From: Cercozoa sp. M6MM
Lineage: Eukaryota; Protista; Endomyxa: Ascetosporea
NCBI GenBank assembly: GCA_040357565.1
Contig: JBDODJ010000117.1
DNA: 35,973 nucleotides
Strand: one strand, 5' to 3'
The notes below the pieces were generated by a model that worked only from the letters and a program-made list of their open reading frames with translations, was not told the DNA's origin and searched no databases. The position numbers and the translations under genes were made by a program. Each line of letters begins with the position of its first letter. The first letter of the stretch is position 1. Positions 1-12,108 of this stretch are shown piece by piece.

Positions 1-1466
1 ACCAACGCGCCGCTGTCGCTGTCGCTGCAGCCCTTCCAGGTAGTTTTACCCCCCCCTTTTCCCCCCCCCCCGTGTACCCCCGTGTACCCCACGCAGTGGC
101 GATACGTGGAGCTGCCGATAACGCCGGAGCTGCTGGAGGAGGCGTTCGGACAGAAGAAGCAGCACGAAGAGAGCGTCGTCGAACTGCACGCCGCTCGCGT
201 CGGTGGTCAGGGCGATCCCGACTTTTATGTACGGACTCTCTATGTATACATGTACGTATTATGTACGTATATGTGTATGTATCTATGTCTGTCTATGTGT
301 CTGTAGATGGATATGTATGTGTATATGTCTATCTGTTATGTGTATCTGTACATGTATATGTATATGTGTGTGTATGTACGTCTGTATGTCTGCATGTCTG
401 TAGGTTTGTATGTAATGTATATCGGTGTATGTCTGTACGTATGTCTGTATGTATGTATGTATGGTATGTACGTATGCATGCATGTGTATGTATGCAACGT
501 ATATCTGTGTATGTATGGTATGTACGTGTGCATGTCTATTTATGTCGACATATGCAAGTACGCTTGTAGTGGCTTTGGTATGAACCGCAAGCTGGCAGCG
601 ATGGCGAATACCTCTTGCCGACGGTAATATAATATTTTGCCCCCACCACCGCTATTCCATACCAGCATCCCCATACCCTCACCCCGATACGCCGAGACCG
701 CTTACCTCTGTACCTATACTCCTGTGTTAGATGGAGCGCAACGACGGCAGCAACGTCGAGTGCGACCCATGCGGCACGACGCAGCACTCGCTGCTCAACC
801 TCACGCTGGCGCAAATGCAACACCGCAGTGCACAGGGCGCCTCGCTGCGCCTGGGTGCGTTCTTACCCCCTGCTTACCCCCCCCTACTTACCCTCCTCCC
901 TATCACCAGGTGTGTTTGGCTACTGCTGCGACGACTCGACGGTGCGTATCGAGTGGCGTCGTGTCGACCCAGATAGTATCACTCTGTCCCTTGTGATGCC
1001 TTGTACCAGTTATGCCCCTCCCTGTGTGCAGCGGGATTGCCGACGTGGGCCGTCGTGGTGATCTTCCTTGTCGCACTCGGCGCCGCTGGAGGACTCTCAT
1101 GGATCGTAGCACATCTATCCGTATACCTATATCCACGCACCTTTGTATTGTGTGTAATCTTGATAGTTAGATGCATCATTTTAAATATATATATATATAT
1201 AGATATATGTCTATATATATACATATATATCTTTACATATTTAGGGCTGGAGAATGTACAAGCGCAGCAGCGGTGGACACAGCTATCACCAACAGCAGCA
1301 GCAACACAGCCAACATCAGCACCAACAACAACAGCAACAGCAACAGCAACGACGAGGCAGTGTGCAACTCGGTAGATCTGGTTCCTGTGCTTCTCTGTGC
1401 TGAGTTACCGATTGTATATCGTCTCTTGTGTCAGAGCAACAACGGCCCGCCTTCTCTGCTGACTGA
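1..1466 (+). CDS. 3' part of an intron-containing type-I membrane protein: extracellular PPC-like (pre-peptidase C-terminal-like) domain, single TM helix, poly-Q cytoplasmic tail; 5' end outside the window
   Basis: GT-AG splicing gives ...LQPFQ|WRYVELPITPE...GGQGDPDFY|WLWYEP...LLPT|MERNDG...LRLG|VFGYCCDD...|GLPTWAVVVIFLVALGAAGGLSWI|GWRMYKR...QQQ...|...SAD-TGA(1464-1466). The GDPDxY...PT...GVFGY pattern is typical of PPC-like domains; a hydrophobic TM segment is followed by basic residues. Confidence 0.6.
229..569 (+). repeat. Degenerate (GTAT/ATGT/GT)n microsatellite filling a ~340-nt intron
   Basis: gtacgg donor at 229, tag acceptor at 569; interior is almost entirely GT/AT-alternating repeats, which produce the spurious YV/MC-rich ORFs. 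Confidence 0.9.
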
Positions 1467-1935
1467 TCAATCCGTGTTGTTGAGCAGCACTAGTTCTATC
1501 GGACTACTCGAACCTTTGCTTGCTTGTGGTTCCTTCATTCGAGTGCTGTCCGCGGCTTTGTTTGTTCGGTTGCCTTGTGCGGTCGTCGGATTTCAGATCG
1601 TAAATGGAAAAAAAATAGAGATTCCACGGAGCAACTAATGTGGTGTAAAACGAACGCGTGTCGAGACGAGCGAACAAAGTACGCTGCCTACGTCGTGAAA
1701 CTGTACCTGATTGTAACAGAAGACGCATGCATGACTCAGAGTATCAATGGTCACCGGCACTCAACCCACGAGCTGCACAGCAATGTAATTCATAAATTTT
1801 GCCCTTCGTGCTATACGACCGATTAGTGTGCGAGGACGGGTGCTTGCATCTACTAATTGTCATAGGACTCAGTGCATGGGTCTCGCGCTGCATCATCGTG
1901 TCTGATTGACCCTCGGAATCGATTGCGAAATCTGG

Positions 1936-3141
1936 ATGCGGCAGCGCCTTCGTGTGCTCTTGCGCTACGCGCTGCTCCTGCTGCTTGCCGTCGGTGCAGC
2001 TGGTACTTTTCTGTTTATGTATGTCTTGCTAGCCATGTGTGCCAGTTTACACGCTTGTGGTGTCCAGGCGAGGTCGTGAGGTACACAGGTGAGCACGCGG
2101 TGCTGCTGCGGTCGCCGTTTGCCGCCGCCAGTGCCGTCAATCACGACAACACGTGCGTTTTCTGTCATTGCGTTTCTCTAGATACGCGCGGAAGATTGGC
2201 TGTGACACAGACACGGGTCAAGATCAACAGCGGACGAGGAAAGTGCGCCCATTCGACTGGTAAGGCATCTGCATGTAAGGGGGGGGGGTATGCCTATGTG
2301 TGCGAACAGATCGAGTTTCATCTGCTGAGTGAGTCGATGTCGATGCTGCGTCGGTACGAAGTGCGTGGGCACACCAGGGTAGTCTGGCCATCTGTCCAAC
2401 TCGTATACTCCATGTACTCGATATACCCTCTGTCCAGGGTGGCGACATCAGGCGTACGGGAACTCTGTTTGCCGGCAGGGGGCAGTTTGCTCTGCGTGGA
2501 GTGGTAACCTTGCGTGTCTGGGGCAGGGCGTAAAATCAGGTGGACTGGGGTCGTACACAGGGGTAGTACACATGTGTGCTTTGTGCAGGCACGAGTAGTG
2601 CCGGTTCCCGTTCACTGTGGCTCGGACACGGAGCAGCAGGTGAACGCGTCGCATGCCACGCAGTTCCTGCGGCTGCCCAACGTCAGTTTGGCACTCATGA
2701 CGCCGCAGCAACTGACCGACGCCGGCGTGGTCTGTCTTTTTGTTCTGTTTCTGTCTCTGTTGATCTGTACACATGTGTGATGGGTGTGCAGACGGACAGC
2801 GACAATGCTAGGCAACGCGTTGCATTGGACCACATCGACGCTGCATCGACGGCCTCAATGACATTGCCTCTGGCTCAAAGGTAGACTACTGTGCCATGAG
2901 GTAATCTTATGTTGTCTCTATCTGAGTCATTGTATAGCTGGCACTCGTTCGAGTTCGAACTGCACAGTGCGAGTACTATTCGTATATATGTATACAGGTA
3001 TATGTGTAGATATACCGCACTGCACAGCAACACAACATATTGCCCTGGTGCTGACGAATCCTCTGTCGAGTCTGCGTGCCGTTCAATCGCGCGTGTGTGC
3101 TGCCTTCAAGGTGTGTCACTGTCGGAAGTTGTATCCAGTTG

Positions 3142-3190
<49 letters not shown>

Positions 3191-3200
3191 NNNNNNNNNN

Positions 3201-3254
<54 letters not shown>

Positions 3255-5234
3255 CACACACGCACACACGCATACACACCACACAATCACACACACGCAC
3301 ACATGCTACTCCATTTCAGGCAAAGGCCACTGGACTGACGCTGTGTTCCGAGCACTGCGCGACAAATCGCGGCTGGTGGACCCTCCGCACGATGAAACGC
3401 CGCTGATCTCCCGCACCGTTTCCGACGCGGTAGTTTCATACTGTCCGCGCGGGAGAGTCCGCATCTGTATTGCCTCCACTGCGTGCGCAGGTTGATGGCG
3501 TCGGCGAGGAAGGCCAAGACGAATGGTGGACCGAGCCGGTCGATAATCCATGTAGCTTTCTCCCTGTGCGAGTGGTTTGTGTCCGTTTTGTGTCGGTTCG
3601 ATCGATCGTGTGTACGTGAAGCCGACTGCCAGTCCACAGATTTCTCTCAAAACGACTGCGCTGATGACGTCAAACAGTACGCTTGCTTTCGCTGCCGTGT
3701 GTTCGCATGGAGTGCTTCTGTAAGCTGTGAGTTGTTACCCCTCAGGTGCGGCTCCTGGACGGATCAGGAGTGCTGGGGAGAAGTCAACCTTTGCGATACT
3801 GACGGCGAGAATTACGTACTGTCTTGACTCAACACTTCGTGTAGCCACATGTCTATCTTTACATCTGCCTGTGTGCGTAGTGCTGGTGCCCTCAGTGGTG
3901 GGTCTGCCGAAGCAGCACCAGACGCGTACTCTTGCTCACTGTTCCTGTGTCCCTGCGTTCATGGTGATGCAAACCTGTCTTATGCAGCGGGACGATCTAG
4001 ACGACCGGGACGATTTTAAGTCGTAAAATGCGTTGTGGGTGTATGTATGTGTGTGTATGCATATATGTATGTGTGTGTGTATATATGTATGTGTATGTGT
4101 ATATGTATGTATGTGTGTGTGTATATATGTATGTGTGTGTATGTGTAAACAGGTCCGACCCAGCGCTGCTTGAGCTGCTTCAATGGTTTGACGATGTCTC
4201 GCAGTCCTCGCAACTCACTGCTGACGAGCGCGGCTACTTGCCGGTAGGTTTAAGTTCCACGGGACCCCACAGCCCCAGTCCACAGTTGGGTCAGTGTCGC
4301 TTTGCACCTTGTGTTGTGATTGGGGTAGGTGCTGATATTCTGCTTGGCATTGGAGTCAATCGCTGCTCTGGCCTTTATTTTCTTTGCTTTGCGACACTAC
4401 AAGTCATGGTACAGCGTGTGCCACCTTGCCTGTAGATGTATCTATACATATATATATATATATATCTAGAAGAAGAGAGAGAGAGTATGTATGTGTGTGT
4501 ATGTGTTTATCGGTATGTGTTTGAGAAGGTTCTCATCGCTGCACGTACCGTTGCTGCTGGCGCTGCTGCTGGCACCGTTCGCTTCGCTGCTGCAGATCGC
4601 GCTGTTTGCCGACATGGACGTGAGTGGCTTGCCGCCTGCCTATGCGTGGTACCCTCACCCTAGTCGAAGTCGGCAGTGCATAGGATGAGTGTGCACGTGC
4701 TTGTGCAGGCGGCAGACGATAAATGCGGTGCGCGTGCTGGTGCTATCGCTCTTGCTGCTGGCACCGGCCGTGCTGGCACGTCGTGTGGTGCTCGACTTGG
4801 TGCAAGAGTGCGGCGACACTCTGCGGCAGCACCGACGTCTGCGACATGCGGGTAGACATCTCGACGGCTCCCTGCTTGCAGTCTGGTGATGTACGGTGTT
4901 CGTGTGCATGTGTAGGCACCTTGGAACAGCCTGAGAGGACGGCGAGTGACCTGGAAGGCAGCTGTGCCGACGATGAGGACGCCACAGATTCGGCACTGAG
5001 TGCGTCGTTGCGCGTGCTGCGGCGTCTGGACCTGTGCTCTGCCTCCTTCCAGTCAGCTGGCCCCTTTCGAATGCCTGGATTTGTGTGTGCAGAGCCACCT
5101 ACACGACAGCGACGGCCTGTTTGTGGCTGCTGGCCGTGCTGACGCTGATGAGTGCGCGCGTACTCATAAAGACACCGCAGGCGGCACCCGACAGCGTGGC
5201 CTACACGGCCATGTTCACTTACGTGTGTTGTTCT

Positions 5235-5307
<73 letters not shown>

Positions 5308-6292
5308 TTGTGCTATCTTGTCATCTTGTCTCTTTCCCTCACAGCATGAGTGTACTGTTCCCCTGTGTGTGTTGTCGGAATAGATGGTACGTCTGTGCCA
5401 CACGCTACGACAGGTGCGCAAGGCACTGCAGCAGCGACTGTCGCCGATCGTGAACGACAGCGCGTCCTTCCACCGCGTGACGCGTCTGCAAAAAATCAAG
5501 CGCGCACTCACGCTGTACGCCATTGGGATGGGCGTGCTGTTGCTGCTCGGCTGGGCTACTGTGCTGCTCCGATTGCGTCTGGTACCTCTATCTCCGTGTG
5601 ACTTGGTGTGTGCTCCGCGCGGATGGAGATCTTCTCTCTGTGCAGGAACAAAAGAACCCGCAGCACCCGATCGGCACGTTGCTGGCGTGTCTCACGCTTC
5701 GACTGGACCTGAGTCCCGGCAGCGACGGCTTGCTGCTGCTCTTGCTGTCAAGTGTGCTGCTGCGACCACGGAAGAACTTGCAGCTCAGTACTGTCTCTCA
5801 CTCACCCTTAACTTACCTCATCCCCCTCCCCATTACCCCCACCCCACAGTCTCTAACAGTGACGCGGCACATGCTGGCGACCTGGAACTGCCACAGCTTG
5901 GCATGTGTGACGCCATCGACATCTCTGATGAGGGCTCAGGCGCTCTACCGTAATACACACCAGGCTACGATATCGGTGCGTGTACTCTTGTGTGTGTTTA
6001 TGTGTGTGTGTCCTTAGACGCGATGGCAAAGAGGACAGTTTCGTCGCCGACCAGCACTCAAATTTAACTCCAGAGACCCCTTTTCGTTTAGCCTTGTACA
6101 CGCTGCTTTGTTCTTATTGCAGGGCTGTGTGTATATGTGTGTATGTGTGTTCAGGGGCGAGCCGTCAGAACTCACTGAGGATGACGAGGATGTATCGCGT
6201 TTTTTGGGTTGATTCGACATCTCAATTTTCTTTGCTCTGTGCAGGATCTTGCCCCAAAACACGCGCATCTCAGGCTCTACGATGGACTGTAG
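1936..6292 (+). CDS. GOST/LUSTR-family (GPR107/GPR108/TMEM87/TMEM145/GPR180-like) seven-TM protein with signal peptide and large luminal domain; about 20 introns
   Basis: ATG 1936 gives signal-peptide-like MRQRLRVLLRYALLLLLAVGAA. Spliced TM region QLTADERGYLP|VLIFCLALESIAALAFIFFALRHYKSW|FSSLHVPLLLALLLAPFASLLQIALFADMDVSGLPPAYAW|RQTINAVRVLVLSLLLL resembles the family pattern (SADExG before TM1, H in TM2, xxG loop after TM2). LLRPRKN follows the last TM (cf. FRP). Acidic tail ends at TAG 6290-6292. Some luminal exon boundaries are uncertain. Confidence 0.6.
3144..3303. repeat. Intronic (CA)n microsatellite spanning an assembly gap (10 N at 3191-3200)
   Basis: Directly visible (CA)n on both sides of the Ns. 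Confidence 0.95.
5238..5304. repeat. Intronic (CA)n microsatellite
   Basis: Directly visible. Confidence 0.95.
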
Positions 6293-6787
6293 ACGACTCT
6301 GAGCGAGTGGATCGCTACAGGTCGAGCCGAAGGCGCTGCGAAATAAAAATCTTCTTTGTGGTTTTTTACAATTATTTTTCAGCCAAGCTGCACCAATAGA
6401 TACTGACACATGGAGGCAGTTGACGTTGAAAAAACAGTGGCACTGTCGATCAAATTTGACACCCCGTTTTGTTTCAAGCAGTACAGTACAATTGTACTAC
6501 GGCAGACAGTGGCTGGAAATTTGAGCCGGACAGAACTGAGCCCGTGGTGGGTACTGATCAGATAAATTGTTCAGATCCCCCATCCTTAGAGACACAACAG
6601 ACGAGCTGACCGGCTGAGCATTAACCCTGGAGTGCTTGTGACGCGCACTGTCTGGCTCAAGCTGCTGTGTTTCGCTGTGGACATTTCCCAATTTTGCTAC
6701 AGCAGGAGGCAACAGGAGCTTTGTGTGCTCGCGAAACGCGAAGCGTTCTCCTTGGCCGGATAGACACCGTCGCTGCAGTGTGCCAAG

Positions 6788-9700
6788 ATGCTCGAGTGTC
6801 CTGGTGAAGAGCCGTTTGACGTGCTGAGGTTCTTCTTTGCCGAACTGCAGGTTCGTTCCTTGCTGTGTGGGTATGGATGCTATGTGTTATCACCTGTCGA
6901 TGTGTGGCAGAGCGACGAATTGCAGCGCTCGGTGACGGCGTCGGAGCGTGTGCAGTTGGTGGCGCGTGTCTTGGGTCCGTCCAATGTAGCGCAGCAACTC
7001 TTGCCGCGTTTGCAGCGATACTGCTACCCGGTACATTGAATATGCCATTGTACTTCTGATAGTTCACAGGATAAACTGCGTCACAGCATCCAGAACGTGA
7101 CCCGCAGAGTCATCTCGCCATTGTGGAAAACGCTATCGATCAATTGCTATGGAGAGAGGAGGTATCACATGCCTTTGGCAGGGTATGTCTAGTGCTCATA
7201 TGTGTGTCTTGCACAGGCACTCGGCAACATTGCCTCGTCACTAGACGCGTCCTTCCTCGATCTGCTGCCTGAAGATCGGGCTGTACTATCTTGTTTTATC
7301 TCTGCTACCTTACTCTTGCCTCCTCCCTGTCGCTTGCGGCCTTATTCACTCCGTGCTGTTATTCTCCTTATTCACTCCGTGCTGTTATTCTCCCGTGCCC
7401 GCAGCAGCGAAACGCAGCGTTGAACACGCAGGTGTCGATCCTGTGCTGCCTGGCGTGCTTTGAGGAGACCAGCGTCCGCGTGGCCGCCGTGGACGCGCTG
7501 ACGTCGCTCATCTCGGTCGACGAGGTCTGCGAGAATACCTTGGAGCAGTTTATCGTACCCTCTACCCATTCCCCCTCAATTAACTCCCTAATTACTCCCA
7601 TTTGTCCCCCACTTTACACCCACTTTACCCCCTCCCCCGTGTGTACACGAAACAGCTGCCGCGCGTGCTGCGACTGAGCGCATCGAATTTCTTTTCGCCC
7701 GGTCGACTGGACGAAGATGCGCCCTCCACCGGTACAACACATGTGTTTAGTTGTACTGTCCATTCATGTGGACTGTCCGTATGGACTGTTCCACGCGTAT
7801 CGTATGTGTACCATACATAGCGAGCGCACTGAAGAGTCCGTCCACCAGCGGCAAAACGAGCGGCGGCGCCGAGGCTGACAGCAGCAAGGGCGGCACGCCC
7901 GGCCGTCCGCGCGGAAAGTCGACGCGCTCCAAGCAAAGCAAGTCCTCTGGTACGCTGCTGGGTCCATTTGCCTGGGTCTCCTTGTATCTGAGTCCGTTGT
8001 ACCTGGGTCTAAGTCCAGTTGTATCCTTGGTCCAGCTGTACCATATATGTGTTTGCGGGACAGGCAACGGTGACGCAGCCGCTTTCTTTGGCGCACGCAT
8101 CTCGTCGGCACCTCTGCTGGCGGCGTGCTACCCGCGCCTGCCGCGCCATTGCACCTCCGATCGGTAGCCTCAGTCTCTGCCATTCCCCTCCCCCGCTAGC
8201 TTAAACGCTGTTCCCCTTGGGCCTGTACAGTGACTGGCGCACCGAGACACGGAATGCGATTGGCCGACTGTGCTCGTATGCTGTGGCTCCCTCTGACTTT
8301 GTGTTCTGAGGTCTCGTCTGAGTTCTCGCTTTACAGGGACGAGATGCCGATGGTGCGGTTCGCGGCGCTGCAGGCACTGCGCATCCTGGTGCCGTGGTAC
8401 GAGCAGGACACGCTACAGAGCGACGTGGTGGAGGTGTTGTCGTCGCTCAAGCTCGAGTCACAGGACGAGATTCGACAGTCGGCCGTGGACATTGTGGCGG
8501 CGCTGCTGCCGCGACTCACGCCGGCTGCTGCGCGACAGGTGGTGCTCAAGGTGGTCGACCCGCTGGCCGACGACGAGAGCTGGCGCGTGCGCCGTCATTT
8601 GGCCGAGGTGCTTCCTGCCCTATGTCTATACCCATGCCTACACCCCTGCCCTATGTTATACCCCCTGCCCTATGTCTATACCTACACCCCCTGCCCTATG
8701 CCTATATTAATACACATATACCCCACACCCCTGCACCCGTATGCCTGTACCACAACTTTTAGTGCATCGATCGCCTGCTGCGCGGTGTAATCTCAGCCGG
8801 CATGTCACTCGATCGTCGCGCTCAGCTCAATCGGCGTCTGCGCAGTGAGGTGCAGTTTTACCCCCCCCCCCCACCGTCTGCCCTTGAGCCTATGTTGTAT
8901 TGTGTGCAGTCGACGCAGTGCAAGCCGTCGTCGTCGGTGATTCTGCCGCTGCACGAGGACGAGAGCGACGACTGCGTCTGCAGTCGCACCGATGTTGATG
9001 CCGACGACGCCGATCGACGCCTGCGGTAGCTGATACCCCCTCTTCACCCCTCTTTCACTCCTCATATATCGCTATACCCCCATACCCCTATACCCCACCC
9101 CTCTGATATAACCCCTCATTCCCTTATACTTCTGCCATCAGACGCATTGGTGGTATCATCGAACCGCGCGGAGTACCCGTGTCGGCTGCGTCGCATGGAC
9201 CGCAGCAACGCTGGGTCTCGCTGGCACGCGAGCCTGCCGACTGCGATCCGCATGTACATTACCCCTTTTCCCCTCCTTCCATTATGCCATAACATCCAGC
9301 CGTTGCCCCATACTCTTTGCCCGTAGGTGCGCTCGGCCATCGACCTGCTGATGCGCAACTACGTGCGACTGCTGGACGACATGCGGGAGTCGCGCGTGCG
9401 TAGGGCGGCGCTGCGACAGTTGCGCGGCGTGGCACGTGCCGTGCGCTTTCAAACACTGTCGCGCTACCTGTGTGACCAGCCTTCTGGTACCATGTACCTC
9501 TTGACTCCCTGATCTACTCTACCCACCGGTACCCCAGCAGAAGGTGGCATGGAGGGCGATGCAAGAGTGCTGCGACACCTCACGACGGACGAAGTCGACG
9601 ACGTGCGTGTCGCACTGGCGCAAACACTCACCAGCGTGTACTTAACTCCCCCTTGTTCTCTGCGCTGATATCGTATGTACCCCTCCCTCTGGATAGGCGT

Positions 9701-11050
9701 ACAACGATGGCGCTGAAGTCGCGCGGTGTGAGAGTTTTGGCGCTGCCGGTGCTGCTAGCGCTGCTGCGCGACCCGCTGCACCTGGTGCGACTGCAGGTGA
9801 TGCGACGCTTCGGCACAGTGCTGGATGCCTTGCTGCCTGTGCAATCGCCCGGCACCGGCAGCACTATGCGCGACGACAATGATGGCGACAGCAGTGGTAT
9901 GCTCTCTCGTTACCTCCTACCCTACCCCCCCCCCCCCCCCCCACCCTGCCCTACCCTACCCTACCACCCTACCCCTTCCCCTGTGATTCCTACTCCCTGT
10001 AGTCTCAGTGGCGGACGACGAAGACGACGAAAATGATGACGAGGCCACGCGTGCTGGTAGGACACATAGGCAAGTATAGAGGGGGACACGAGGGACATGT
10101 CTGGGGTACACTTTCTGTCACTGCAGCACTGGGCGAAGTGGTGGCCTCGGTGAGTCAGCTTTTGTCGGATGACAAGTGGCCGGTTCGACGCGCCGTGTTG
10201 GCACAGTACCATTCAGCTACCTTAGCCTCCTTAACTTGACCCCACTTTTACTTGCCCCACTGTTACTTGCCCCCCCCCCCGTCTGGTAGGTGTGTAGCAC
10301 TGGCGCGCCGACTGGACTTTGACACGTTCGCGCAGCGTCTGTTGCGCGACGTGGTGGCGGCGGCGGCCGACCCGGTGGACGAGGTGCGCTCCGAGGCGGC
10401 GCAGCAGATCGCGCTGCTGAGCAGTCCGCGCGACGGGTTTGGGCCGCACTGGCTGCGCGCCTTTGTGCTCGGGCGCTTTTTCGACCGCACTGGCGCCTCT
10501 GCTGTACCCTGTCTGCTCCTCTCTCCTACCTTCTACCCTCTAGGGACTATCCTAACCTACCCGATACACTGACAATACCCTTTACCTTGGGCAGAAGGGC
10601 ACGGATTATCACGTGCGCATGGTGCCATGTCGACTGAGCGACGCCTTCGCGCAGCACTGGCCGCGCACACCCGAGACAGGCGCCTTCCTGGTGGAGCACT
10701 GCCTGCCCTCGCTGCTGGCGCTGTGCGACGACGTCGTGCCCAATGTACTAGGCAGACTGCTGACTGCCTGAGGAGCCAGATATGACACTGTGTGCGTGTG
10801 CGTGCAGGTACGGAGTGTGGCAGCGCGCTCGCTGGGCCGCCTGGCCCCTCTGGCCGATCGCGAGGTCGTTGAGACGCGGCTCATCCCGTGCCTGCGCAAG
10901 GTGCTCCAGAGTGGCGGCAAGAGCACCAGCGGCAAGTCGTCGGCCTCTTCCTCCAAGCAGCAACAGCAACAGCAACAGCAACAGCGCGATCATGAACTCG
11001 TCGACGTCGTTTCGCGTGCTCTCGCCGAATGTCAGCAACAGTGCCAGTGA
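6788..11050 (+). CDS. PPP2R1A: Protein phosphatase 2A scaffold subunit A (PR65)-like HEAT-repeat protein, divergent, about 20 introns
   Basis: Spliced motifs collinear with PP2A-A: FFAELQSDELQRSVTASERVQLVARVLG (cf. IDELRNEDVQLRLNSIKKL..IALALG), FEETSVRVAAV (EETVVRDKAV), DEMPMVRFAA (DDTPMVRRAA), DESWRVR (DKSWRVR), LLRDPLHLVRLQV (LKDECPEVRLNI), DDKWPVRRAV (DAKWRVRLAI), DVVPNVRSVAARSL (DPVANVRFNVAKSL); stop TGA 11048-11050. Could be a paralogue (e.g. PP4R1-like) rather than the orthologue. Confidence 0.8.
7341..7392. repeat. Perfect 26-bp tandem duplication inside an intron
   Basis: cttattcactccgtgctgttattctc x2 (7341-7366, 7367-7392). Confidence 0.95.
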
Positions 11051-11359
11051 TCACGAGCCGAGACTCATGAGCCACTTTCCTAAACGGTCCTCGAGCCTGA
11101 ATGACGACTGACGTTAGCCATTCATGTTTGTTTCATGTCTCCGTACTGATCTAAAATCCCGTGTTCATTCTTCTCTATGTCGCCATGCTGATCTCAAGCT
11201 CCGCATTGTTTGGTACAAATGGACGGTCCCGATAGAAATACAAAGTCAGAAACGGCAGTCGCGGTGCCAGGGGGCTCTCAGGCCGCGTATCGGGTGCTTA
11301 ACGCTGCAAAACACCCTGCTTCTTCAATCTAGTCCAGCAGAGTCTGGTGCGTTGAAAAC

Positions 11360-12074
11360 ATGGACGACAATGAGGTCAGCGAGGTAATGTTGATATCTCA
11401 CTTCTGTTCCACGTGCTTTCGCGCATGCCGATCTTTGTAGGCGAAGCAGCAGGGAGTGCTGGGGCCGAAGAAAAAACGCAAGGCTTGGGGGCAGTACATC
11501 AACAAGGTGTGCTCCCGTTGGTATGTATCGTTGGGTGTTTGTTCACATGACTTTGTGGTCGATCGACAGGGCCCCGGGCAGCCCGAAGAACGCATCAGCA
11601 TTTGGCACACGGTGCAGAAGCGCAAGATCTCAGGGTTCGCTGCTCCGATGCGCAAGAATCTCGCCGAGTACCTGCGCAAGCACCCGCTGTGCGAAGTCTA
11701 TGGTATCATTGTTCGCCGCGGGGGGAGGCTTGCGTGTGCTTGCTGACTTGGCACTGCGTTTCCCAGTGAAAGAACGGCACGGACGCATGCTGATGGGCAG
11801 CAGCAAACCTAAGCCACGTCGGCGGCGACGCGAACCGCGCGATTCACCGTACATCTACCCCCCCTCCCGTGTATGTGGGAAGCCGTGTGTTTGTCTGTTG
11901 ACAGATACATCGCTGCCGAAAGTCCGAGTTTCGGCGCAGTTCCGTCGCCGATGGATTTGGTACACTCGCTCTGTGTGTGTGTTCCCTACTGTATTGTTAC
12001 GAAGGGATCGTCAAAGAACCGGCGTTCGCGGCGCCGACGGCAGCCGAAGCAGCAACACCAGGCACCGCAGCCGC

Positions 12075-12108
<34 letters not shown>

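Noticed and set aside
72-627. Long ORFs rich in YV/CM/HT dipeptides here and at ~2967-3495, 4743-5453, 13489-14252, 24755-25137, 26202-26802, 35374-35839
   Set aside because: They are translations of intronic dinucleotide microsatellites, which lack stop codons.
6503-6654. 9-bp inverted repeat cagacagtg/cactgtctg bounding ~150 bp (possible MITE)
   Set aside because: Short, no target-site duplication, no second copy in the window; compatible with chance.
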